From: Thermosulfurimonas sp.
GTDB taxonomy: Bacteria > Desulfobacterota > Thermodesulfobacteria > Thermodesulfobacteriales > Thermodesulfobacteriaceae
DNA: 34,416 nt
Assembly (NCBI GenBank): GCA_015487645.1
Contig: WFPH01000204.1
Location: 1 to 34,416, forward strand
Reading direction: 5' to 3'
Of the stretch, positions 16,845 to 24,820 are shown one piece after another (the stretch's first letter is position 1; each line of letters opens with the position of its first letter). The translations under genes were made by a program, and so were the position numbers. The notes under the pieces were generated by a model. It was given only the letters and a program-made list of their open reading frames with translations, did not search any database and had not been told where the DNA came from.

Positions 16845-17739
16845 CTTGACCTCCGGCGAGGGATTTCAGGGCTTGAATGGCCTGTGGGGTTATAGTGCGA
16901 AGATGGAGATCCCTCTGCGGGAATGGAATTTCGATCCCGGCTTCAAGAAGAGCCCGGTGAATGGCGTAGTAATAATCGCTTTTGATCCCGGTTAGGGCTC
17001 GTTGAACTCTGGACTGGCGAATCCAGATCGTAAGCGAAAATTCCAGGGCGCTGTCTCCAAACCCCGTGAACCACACCTGGATGGGGTGCTCAGGATCCTC
17101 TTCCGTGAGGGGGAGGCGGCGGGCGGCCGCGGTAACCACTTCCTTTACCCTTTCGGGATCACTTCCGTAGGCTACCCCGAAGGGAATGTGTATCCTCCGC
17201 CAGTCGTCCTCGTAAGTCCAGGTGGAGATGCGTTTGGATATGAACTCCGAGTTGGGCACGATGAGGTCCTGCCCATCGAAGGTTCTCAAGATGGTGGAGC
17301 GCATGTTGATTTCCTTGACCACCCCCAAGGTCCCATCTTCCAGTTCCACCAGATCGCCCACCCGCAGGCTCCCCTCCGTAAGCAATATGATCCCGGAGAT
17401 GAAGTTGCTGGTGATGGTCTGGAGACCGAAACCGATGCCCACGCCCAGAGCCCCGAAGATGAGGCCCACCTGAGTCAGATTGAGCCCCGCGCTGGATAAA
17501 GCCACCAGAAGAAGGATAACGAGGAGGGCGTAGTAAATGAGGGTGGTCATGGAGTTTACCAGGCTGGGGGTAATATGGAACCGTTTTATCAGAAGCCTCT
17601 CCACTCGACGGCGGAAGTAGCGCAGGAGAAAGATTCCCAGGACCAGGACCAGAACGAGCTTCAGAAAGCCGAGAAGGGTGAAGGTGACCCCGCCGACCTG
17701 CCACAGAGGATAAGTGAGGATTTTTTTAAAGGATTCCAT
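16837..17739 (-). CDS. mscS: Small-conductance mechanosensitive channel
   Basis: GALGVGIGFGLQ...NFISGIILL, GVAYGSD, FGDSAL.F and IEIPFPQRDLH. Confidence 0.9.
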   Translation of the reverse strand: MESFKKILTYPLWQVGGVTFTLLGFLKLVLVLVLGIFLLRYFRRRVERLLIKRFHITPSLVNSMTTLIYYALLVILLLVALSSAGLNLTQVGLIFGALGVGIGFGLQTITSNFISGIILLTEGSLRVGDLVELEDGTLGVVKEINMRSTILRTFDGQDLIVPNSEFISKRISTWTYEDDWRRIHIPFGVAYGSDPERVKEVVTAAARRLPLTEEDPEHPIQVWFTGFGDSALEFSLTIWIRQSRVQRALTGIKSDYYYAIHRALLEAGIEIPFPQRDLHLRTITPQAIQALKSLAGGQDG

Positions 17740-17809
17740 CTTAACTTAACGGGGGCGAGATTTTTGGATATCTTATCAATTCTAGCGGATTGTTGGAAGG
17801 GAGGGCACC

Positions 17810-18565
17810 ATGAAGATTTTACGTTTCCGCTGGCAGGAAAAGGACTGGTGGGGCCGGCTTGAAGGGGATCGGGTCTTTTCTCTTCCAGGGGTGCAGGGAG
17901 GGGCGAATCTTCCTGCGGAAGGGCTATCCCTTGCCGAGATCAAGGTCCTTGCCCCTACCATGCCCACCAAGATCGTGGCCGTGGGGCTTAATTACCGGGA
18001 TCACGCTCAGGAACTGGGTATGGAGATCCCGGAAGAGCCTTTGATCTTTCTCAAACCCCCCTCGGCGGTTATCGGTCCGGAGGATAATATCCGGTTGCCT
18101 GCGGAGGTGGGCCGGGTGGACTACGAGGCGGAGCTTGCGGTGGTGATAGGAAAAACCGCCCGGAAGGTTTCACCTTCCGAGGCCCGACGCTATATCCTGG
18201 GCTACACCTGTTTTAACGATGTTACGGCTCGGGATATCCAGCGTCGGGACGGGCAGTGGACCCGGGCTAAGAGCTTCGATACCTTTGCGCCCATCGGCCC
18301 CTGGATCGAAACCGATCTTGAACCCTCTGCTGTGAGGGTGAGGGCCTATCTCAACGGAAAACTCGTCCAGGACTCTTCTACGGAAAATCTCATTTTTTCC
18401 GTTTATGAACTGGTGAGCTTTATTTCACATGTGATGACTCTTTATCCCGGAGACGTGATCGCCACCGGGACCCCCCCGGGGGTAGGCCCCCTTTCGCCTG
18501 GAGATGTGGTGGAAGTGGAAGTGGAGGGTGTGGGACGGCTGGTAAATTTTGTAAGGGTGGAGTAA
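17810..18565 (+). CDS. Fumarylacetoacetate hydrolase family protein
   Basis: KIVAVGLNY..H, FLKP, DYEAEL, NDVTARD.Q, AKSFDTF.P.GP and GDVIATGTP.GVG. Confidence 0.92.
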   Translation: MKILRFRWQEKDWWGRLEGDRVFSLPGVQGGANLPAEGLSLAEIKVLAPTMPTKIVAVGLNYRDHAQELGMEIPEEPLIFLKPPSAVIGPEDNIRLPAEVGRVDYEAELAVVIGKTARKVSPSEARRYILGYTCFNDVTARDIQRRDGQWTRAKSFDTFAPIGPWIETDLEPSAVRVRAYLNGKLVQDSSTENLIFSVYELVSFISHVMTLYPGDVIATGTPPGVGPLSPGDVVEVEVEGVGRLVNFVRVE

Positions 18566-18576
18566 ACTGGAAAATA

Positions 18577-19128
18577 ATGGGATTCCCCGCCGAAAATCTT
18601 CCTAAGTATACCTGGAAGGATTACTTCTCGTGGGAAGGGCGCTGGGAGCTCATCGAAGGCGTTCCTTATGCCATGACTCGCCTGCCCTCTTTTCGACATC
18701 AGATTATAAGCGGTCGTGTCCATGTAGAGTTGACGCGGGTTTTGCGAGATTGTCCCTCTTGGGTGGCTCTTCTTCCGGTGGATTGGAAGGTGGACGAACA
18801 CACGGTGTTGCAACCCGACAACCTCGTGGTTTGCGGAGGATTTCCGCCGGAACCCCCTTTGAAGACGCCTCCTGTTTTGGTTTTTGAGGTCTTATCCCCT
18901 TCCACCGAAATCAAAGACCGGCACCTGAAATTCAAAATTTACGAGAGAGCGGGGGTTAAGTATCCGGTGCTGGTGGATCCCGAAAGGGAGGAGGCGGAGA
19001 TTTTCAGGCTGGAAGAAGGCCGTTATCGCTTATGGTGTAAAGTTAGAAGGGAAAAAGTGGGTTTTGATCTCGGAGAGTGTGAAATAGAATTCCATTTTGG
19101 AAATATTTTCGAAGGAGGTCAGGGGTGA
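18577..19128 (+). CDS. Uma2 (DUF820) family endonuclease-like protein
   Basis: WELIEG, HQ, QPD.LVVC and LVFEVLSPST...D...K...YE.AGV. Confidence 0.88.
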   Translation: MGFPAENLPKYTWKDYFSWEGRWELIEGVPYAMTRLPSFRHQIISGRVHVELTRVLRDCPSWVALLPVDWKVDEHTVLQPDNLVVCGGFPPEPPLKTPPVLVFEVLSPSTEIKDRHLKFKIYERAGVKYPVLVDPEREEAEIFRLEEGRYRLWCKVRREKVGFDLGECEIEFHFGNIFEGGQG

Positions 19129-19571
19129 GCGGTCGGGTGGTGGCCCTTTCCATAAGCCGTGAAAAAGGCGTTCCTAAAGAGAATGTGTCTGAGGTTAGGA
19201 TCGTTGAGGGCTACGGGGTTGAAGGCGATGCCCACGGCGGGGCCTGGCATCGTCAGGTGAGCTTTCTCGATACGGCGACCCTGGAATGTATGCGCGAGAT
19301 CGTTGGTCGGGAAATCCGCCCGGGAGAGCTAGCCGAAAATGTAACCGTGGATCTAGATCTCTCCGAGGTGGAGGTTGGGGACCGGATCGTGGCCGGGGAG
19401 TGTCTTTTCGAGGTGACCCAGATCGGCAAGAAGTGCCATACCGGATGTGCCATCTTCCAGAGGGTGGGTCGCTGTGAGATGCGCAACCGGGGCATCTTCA
19501 CCCGGGTGCTCAAGGGCGGTCTTCTGCGCGTGGGCGACCCGGTAAAAATCTTGAAAGGAGGTATAAGCTGA
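19125..19571 (+). CDS. MOSC domain-containing protein
   Basis: G.EGDAH.G.WHRQVS, PGELAEN and EVTQIGK.CH.GC.I....G.C.M...GIF. Confidence 0.88.
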   Translation: MSGRVVALSISREKGVPKENVSEVRIVEGYGVEGDAHGGAWHRQVSFLDTATLECMREIVGREIRPGELAENVTVDLDLSEVEVGDRIVAGECLFEVTQIGKKCHTGCAIFQRVGRCEMRNRGIFTRVLKGGLLRVGDPVKILKGGIS

Positions 19572-20650
19572 ATAGCCATCCTCACGCCCAAAAAGAAGGT
19601 CCTCAGTTCGTTCCCCGTCTGGTGGCCTGGGAGCTTACCCGATCCTGTAATCTGGATTGTGTACACTGTCGGGCGGCGGCTTCCCGTGGTCCCTATGAAG
19701 GGGAGCTTTCCACCGAGGAGTGCCTGCGGATTCTTTCCGAAATTGCCGCCGTGGGAAACCCTATTGTCATCCTCACGGGCGGGGAACCTCTTCTCCGGGA
19801 TGATCTTTTAGTGCTCGCCCGCAAGGCTCGGGAGCTGGGCCTGCGCCCGGTGCTGGCCACCAACGGCACTCTCCTTACCGAAGATCTGGCCCGCAAGCTC
19901 AAGGAGGCCGGTATCGCCCGGGCCAGCATAAGCCTTGACGGAGCGAGTCCCGAGGCCCACGACAACTTTCGGAAAATGCCCGGAGCTTTCGAGGGAGCCC
20001 TGCGGGGGATAGAGATCCTGAAGAAAGCGGGTATTCCCTTCCAGATCAACACCACGGTTACGGCCAAGAATCTTGAGGAACTGCCCAAAGTCCATGAACT
20101 GGCCAAGAAGCTCGGGGCCGTGGCCCATCATATTTTTCTTCTGGTGCCGGTGGGGCGGGGGAAGGAGTTGGCCGAAGAGAGCCTTCCGGCAGAGGTCTAT
20201 GAGAGGACTCTTCACTGGTTTTACGAGCAGCGAGAGTCCGCGGGGCTCCACCTTAAGGCCACCTGCGCCCCCCATTACTATCGTATCCTGCGCGAGCGGG
20301 CCCGGGCCGAGGGCAAACCGGTGACCATGGAGACCTTTGGGCTCGACGCCATCACGCGGGGGTGCCTGGCCGGGACGGGTTTCTGTTTCATCTCCCACCA
20401 AGGGGTGATCCAACCCTGCGGTTATCTTGAACTCAACTGCGGTTCCCTTCGGGAGAAATCTTTCCCTGAGATCTGGTGGCACTCCGAGATCTTCCAGCAT
20501 CTCAGGAACTTCAAGGGCTACAAAGGGAAATGCGGAAGGTGTGAGTATATCCGTGTGTGCGGGGGATGCCGGGCCCGGGCTTACGAGGCTACGGGCGACT
20601 ACCTGGAGGCCGAGCCCCTCTGCACTTACGAGCCCAAGAAGCCGGCCTAG
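19568..20650 (+). CDS. ahbD: Radical SAM/SPASM heme b synthase AhbD (probable CTG start)
   Basis: PRLVAWELTRSCNLDCVHCRA, LKATCAPHYYR, RGCLAG and KCG.CEY...CGGCRARA. CTG 19568 follows AAAGGAGGT and overlaps the MOSC TGA. Confidence 0.88.
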   Translation: MNSHPHAQKEGPQFVPRLVAWELTRSCNLDCVHCRAAASRGPYEGELSTEECLRILSEIAAVGNPIVILTGGEPLLRDDLLVLARKARELGLRPVLATNGTLLTEDLARKLKEAGIARASISLDGASPEAHDNFRKMPGAFEGALRGIEILKKAGIPFQINTTVTAKNLEELPKVHELAKKLGAVAHHIFLLVPVGRGKELAEESLPAEVYERTLHWFYEQRESAGLHLKATCAPHYYRILRERARAEGKPVTMETFGLDAITRGCLAGTGFCFISHQGVIQPCGYLELNCGSLREKSFPEIWWHSEIFQHLRNFKGYKGKCGRCEYIRVCGGCRARAYEATGDYLEAEPLCTYEPKKPA

Positions 20651-21366
20651 TCGAAAACCAGGACCTTCTCAAGGACGAAACGTATGCCGGCCTCGAGAAG
20701 GTCCTCCTCGCTGGCTTCGGACGGGTCCTCAAGATAGGGACACTCCAGCCTGCCCGCGAGGATCTCCTCCCGGAAGCGGGGAAGGTCGTAACAGGCTAGG
20801 AAGATGAGGTCGAGCTGGTCCGCCGTGAGAGGGGTTTCGGCGTGGCGTTGCCTTTGGGCCACCACTTTTCCGAAAAGATCGTTGAAGTGGAGGTAAGGCT
20901 CAAGCCCCTGTTCGGCGATGAAATCCCGCACCTTGATGGGGCGTTTTTCATAATGCCCTTTGCAATGGGTTTCCCGGATGATACGGTAGATTTCCTGGTG
21001 TTCCCCGGTTTCGGGATCCTCCCGGAGGTAACGTGCCAGGGGGTAGGTGCGGCAGGCCGAAGGTCGATCCTGATAGACCGAACAGCCTTCCGGTCTAAGG
21101 AAGGGGCAGGCGAAATCGTGAGGGTTCATATACACCGCCACCACCGGTAACTGGGTGACCTCTCCGATGTAGGCTTCGCCGTAGCGCTCGATGAACTCTT
21201 GAGGGGGGAGACCCAGGCCCCGACGAAGTCTCAGGAAGTCGTAGGGTGAAAGCACCAGGTGCACATCGTAACAGCATTTGTTGAAACAGGGCACTCCTGG
21301 GTGACAGGCAAAAACGATTTCGTCCTCCAGGCCAAGCTCTCTGGGATCGAATACCGGCTCTTCCAC
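20647..21366 (-). CDS. YkgJ-family (CxxCxxCC) cysteine-cluster protein
   Basis: FACHPGVPCFNKCC and CPFL...GCSVY.DRP.ACR.YP. Start set at GTG 21366 (GGGAG SD), which avoids head-to-head overlap with the next gene. Confidence 0.82.
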   Translation of the reverse strand: MEEPVFDPRELGLEDEIVFACHPGVPCFNKCCYDVHLVLSPYDFLRLRRGLGLPPQEFIERYGEAYIGEVTQLPVVAVYMNPHDFACPFLRPEGCSVYQDRPSACRTYPLARYLREDPETGEHQEIYRIIRETHCKGHYEKRPIKVRDFIAEQGLEPYLHFNDLFGKVVAQRQRHAETPLTADQLDLIFLACYDLPRFREEILAGRLECPYLEDPSEASEEDLLEAGIRFVLEKVLVFD

Positions 21367-21430
21367 TTTTTGTCTCCCGTAAGATTTTGAGCTAAAATAC
21401 CCTGGAAACGGAGGTAAGGGAAGCTCGCCC

Positions 21431-21832
21431 ATGCGCCGATCGCCTCTCTGGAATCTGGTCTTTGTGGTGATCCTTATAATGGCCCTTATCTGGGCCCGGT
21501 ATTACCAGGGTAGCTCTCGCCGGACCCTTCTGGTGAAATTTCCTTTGCTTTCGCCAGCTAGTGAACCTTTGGGAGAGGTGAGCTTCTGGGCCGAGGATAA
21601 GGGGGATCGGCTCCTCAAGATAAAGCTCTCCCGCAAGCCTCCGGAGGATCTTTATGTGATTCTATATTACCGGGAAGGCGTGGGCCGCCAGGTGGGCCGC
21701 ATTACGAGCACGATCCTGGTGCACTCTCTGGGGGCTGCCTTCTCCCCTAAGAAGATTTCAGCGATTATTTTAAAGGGCGTGCATTCCGGGCGCATTTATG
21801 GCGAGGCCCGGATAAGCTTTAACGAGGGGTAG
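21431..21832 (+). CDS. Hypothetical membrane-anchored protein
   Basis: 133-aa ORF with N-terminal TM helix; ends 3 bp before pyrG. Confidence 0.65.
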   Translation: MRRSPLWNLVFVVILIMALIWARYYQGSSRRTLLVKFPLLSPASEPLGEVSFWAEDKGDRLLKIKLSRKPPEDLYVILYYREGVGRQVGRITSTILVHSLGAAFSPKKISAIILKGVHSGRIYGEARISFNEG

Positions 21833-21835
21833 AAT

Positions 21836-23491
21836 ATGTCTCGAAAAAAGCGCGGTTTTCATACCAAGTTCATCTTCGTGACCGGTGGAGTGCTTTCTTC
21901 TCTGGGCAAGGGGCTGGCCTCGGCCTCCATCGGGGCCCTTCTTGAGGCCCGGGGACTGAGGGTGACTTTTCAAAAACTCGATCCTTACATTAATGTGGAT
22001 CCCGGGACCATGAACCCCTTTCAACACGGGGAAGTCTATGTCACGGACGACGGGGCGGAGACCGATCTCGATCTGGGACATTACGAGCGTTTCACCTCCG
22101 CCCGCATGGGACGAAAGAACAATTACACCTCCGGCAAGATCTACTATTCGGTAATCACCAAGGAAAGGCGAGGGGATTATCTCGGGGGCACAGTCCAGAT
22201 CATCCCCCATGTGACCGATGAGATCAAGACCGCCATCGTGCAGCTGGCCGGAAGCGAAGTGGACGTGGCCATCATTGAGATCGGAGGAACGGTGGGAGAC
22301 ATTGAGAGCCTGCCTTTTCTTGAGGCCATAAGGCAGCTACGTTACGACCTGGGGCGCGAGAATACGCTCTACATTCATCTCACCTATGTGCCCTACATCA
22401 AGGCTGCCGGTGAGCTAAAAACCAAGCCCACTCAGCACAGCGTCAAGGAACTCCGGGCCATCGGAATCCAGCCGGACATTCTCCTCTGCCGCACGGAACG
22501 TTTCCTGCCACCGGAGGTCAAGAAAAAGATCGCCCTCTTTTGCAACGTGGAAGAGGATGCGGTCATCACGGCCAAAGACGTAGACTGTATCTATGAGATC
22601 CCTCTTATTTTCCATCAGGAGGGCCTGGACGAGAAGATCGTAGAGTTGCTGAACATTTGGACCCGGGAGCCGGATCTCTCCGGATGGGAGGAACTGGTTC
22701 GCAAGTACAAGAATCCGAAGGAAAAGGTCACTATTGCTATTGTAGGTAAATACGTGGATCTCAAAGATTCCTACAAGAGCCTCCACGAGGCTCTGGTCCA
22801 CGGTGGACTGGGGAACGAGACCTGGGTGGATATTCGGTATGTGAGTGCAGATGAAATCACCCGGGAAAACGTGGCCGAGCAACTGGCCGGGGTGAACGGA
22901 GTCCTGGTTCCCGGAGGGTTCGGTTACCGGGGGGCCGAGGGGAAGATGGAAGCCATCCGCTACGCCCGGGAGAAGGGTATCCCCTTTTTCGGGATTTGCC
23001 TAGGAATGCAGCTGGCCGTGATCGAGTTCTCCCGGAACGTGGCCGGGCTATCCGGGGCCAATTCCACGGAATTTGACCCCGACACCCCTCATCCAGTGAT
23101 CTATCTCATGCGCGAGTGGTTCAACTACCGCACCCAGCGCGTGGAAGTTCGGGATGAAAAATGCGATAAGGGTGGAACCATGCGTCTCGGGGCTTACCCC
23201 TGCCGTCTGGTTCCGGGCACGATCTCCCACCGGGCTTACGGCTGTGACGAAGTCTTTGAACGTCACCGTCACCGTTACGAGTTCAACAATCAGTACCGGG
23301 ATCTTCTTATGGAAAAGGGCCTTAAAATCGCCGGTCTTTCTCCGGATGGGGAGCTGGTAGAGATTGTGGAGCTGGAGGAACACCCCTGGTTCGTGGGGTG
23401 TCAATTCCATCCAGAATTTCGCTCCCGGCCCATGGAACCCCATCCCCTTTTCGTTTCTTTCATCCGGGCAGCTCTGGAACATAAAGGTTAG
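21836..23491 (+). CDS. pyrG: CTP synthase
   Basis: [50 protein letters not shown] and QFHPEF. Confidence 0.98.
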   Translation: MSRKKRGFHTKFIFVTGGVLSSLGKGLASASIGALLEARGLRVTFQKLDPYINVDPGTMNPFQHGEVYVTDDGAETDLDLGHYERFTSARMGRKNNYTSGKIYYSVITKERRGDYLGGTVQIIPHVTDEIKTAIVQLAGSEVDVAIIEIGGTVGDIESLPFLEAIRQLRYDLGRENTLYIHLTYVPYIKAAGELKTKPTQHSVKELRAIGIQPDILLCRTERFLPPEVKKKIALFCNVEEDAVITAKDVDCIYEIPLIFHQEGLDEKIVELLNIWTREPDLSGWEELVRKYKNPKEKVTIAIVGKYVDLKDSYKSLHEALVHGGLGNETWVDIRYVSADEITRENVAEQLAGVNGVLVPGGFGYRGAEGKMEAIRYAREKGIPFFGICLGMQLAVIEFSRNVAGLSGANSTEFDPDTPHPVIYLMREWFNYRTQRVEVRDEKCDKGGTMRLGAYPCRLVPGTISHRAYGCDEVFERHRHRYEFNNQYRDLLMEKGLKIAGLSPDGELVEIVELEEHPWFVGCQFHPEFRSRPMEPHPLFVSFIRAALEHKG

Positions 23492-23497
23492 AAGAGG

Positions 23498-24142
23498 ATG
23501 GGCTTTAGCTGGGAGGAAGGTCGGGCCTACCTCGAGGGTCTCCTCCGGGAATACGGTTTGCCTTTTCGGGTGGAGTCTTTCTGGGACCGCCTTTGGTGGT
23601 ATCTAGAGAGTCTTTCCGCCGAGGCCCAACGTTTGAATTTAACCGCCCTTCATACCCTGGAAGACCGCCTGGCTTTTCCGGTTCTGGAGACTCTGATCCT
23701 AGCTTCCCTCCTGCCGGAAGGAAGCTATCCGGTTGCGGATCTCGGGAGCGGAGCCGGCATCCCGGGTCTCGTTCTTAAATTGGTACGCCCAGAGCTTGAG
23801 CTTGCTCTATACGAGGCTTACGCTCCGAGAGTGGCCTTCCTGGAAGGAGTCATCACCAATCTTGCTCTCTCTGGTATAAGGGTGGAGAGTAAACATCTTG
23901 GCCGGGAATGGCCCGAGGAAAGGTTCCCGGTAGTGGTCTCCCGAGGGTACGGCTCGGCGGAAAAGTTTGCGGCCCAGGCGGCCAGGCTTCTTTCTGCGCC
24001 AGGGCTGGCTTTCTACCTCTGGCGTAACGAGGTCGAACCCCGAGGGGCTCCGGAAAAGCACCTCCGTCTTATGGAAGAAATTTCCTTTGAACTCCCCGGA
24101 AACCGGGGTCTTCGCAAGATTCTGATCCTGGCCCTTTCCTGA
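23498..24142 (+). CDS. rsmG: 16S rRNA (G527) N7-methyltransferase RsmG/GidB
   Basis: LNLTA, DLGSGAGIPGL and VVSRG; divergent but typical layout. Confidence 0.78.
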   Translation: MGFSWEEGRAYLEGLLREYGLPFRVESFWDRLWWYLESLSAEAQRLNLTALHTLEDRLAFPVLETLILASLLPEGSYPVADLGSGAGIPGLVLKLVRPELELALYEAYAPRVAFLEGVITNLALSGIRVESKHLGREWPEERFPVVVSRGYGSAEKFAAQAARLLSAPGLAFYLWRNEVEPRGAPEKHLRLMEEISFELPGNRGLRKILILALS

Positions 24143-24144
24143 AT

Positions 24145-24168
24145 TCTATCTTGAAAGGTGGGTTTTTT
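24145..24168 (+). terminator. Possible intrinsic terminator after rsmG
   Basis: Weak GU-rich stem tctatct-tgaa-aggtggg followed by T7. Confidence 0.3.
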
Positions 24169-24183
24169 TGTGTTTTCTTTGGA

Positions 24184-24306
24184 GTGATCTTGGCATAATT
24201 CGCTTCCCCTCCCTTTGGGAGGAGTTAGGGGAGAGAGAAAACGACGTATTTTTACCCCCTCTCCCCACCTCCTCCAGAGGGGGAGGAAAAGTTTTGCAAA
24301 GCTTTC
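24184..24306. mobile_element. MITE-like repeat, copy 5
   Basis: Ends gtgatcttggcataattcg / ttttgcaaagctttc; internal ttcccctccctttgggaggagttagggga and ccagagggggagg. Confidence 0.75.
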
Positions 24307-24334
24307 TTGGAGTGAGTCTGAGAGGAGGTTTTGG

Positions 24335-24820
24335 ATGGGCGGAAGAAGTCGGAAATCGGTTTTGCGGCAGAAGCTGGCCAAGTATTACCGCGAGAGAGAA
24401 AATCCTCTCGCCCTCATGTCCCTGCAGGAGACCATTATCAAGAAACACCGTAATCGGTATGATCTTTTGCAGCAGAATCTGGCCTATCTTCAGTCTCAGG
24501 AGCCCCCTCCGGCCGAGGAAGGCAAAGTTTCCCGGCTGACCATTCGAAAGTTTACCGGTGAGCCCGACAAGAAGTTCATGAACCGGGCCTTTTACGAGGT
24601 TCTTTACCCCATTACCATGGAATACCGCTACATGCCCCTGCACGCCATCTTTCTCTGGTATCTCCAGGCTCTGGAGATGGTTTACGGAGAAAAGCTCAAC
24701 AAGACCCATCTCAATCGGCTTCAGAAGTGGATTCTTCGGTGGCTCACCACCATGACGCCGGAAGAAGAGATGAACCTGAAAAGTGAGATCGTTACCTGGA
24801 TCCTCAATCGTTTTACCTAA
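24335..24820 (+). CDS. Hypothetical protein upstream of polA
   Basis: GAGGAGG SD then ATG 24335; 161 aa with host-like codon usage. The longer ORF call extends into the repeat. Confidence 0.75.
   Translation: MGGRSRKSVLRQKLAKYYRERENPLALMSLQETIIKKHRNRYDLLQQNLAYLQSQEPPPAEEGKVSRLTIRKFTGEPDKKFMNRAFYEVLYPITMEYRYMPLHAIFLWYLQALEMVYGEKLNKTHLNRLQKWILRWLTTMTPEEEMNLKSEIVTWILNRFT

Noticed and set aside
21367-21432. Head-to-head overlap of the YkgJ-like gene and the 21431 ORF at a shared CATG
   Set aside because: GTG 21366 with a GGGAG SD is a better start and removes the overlap.
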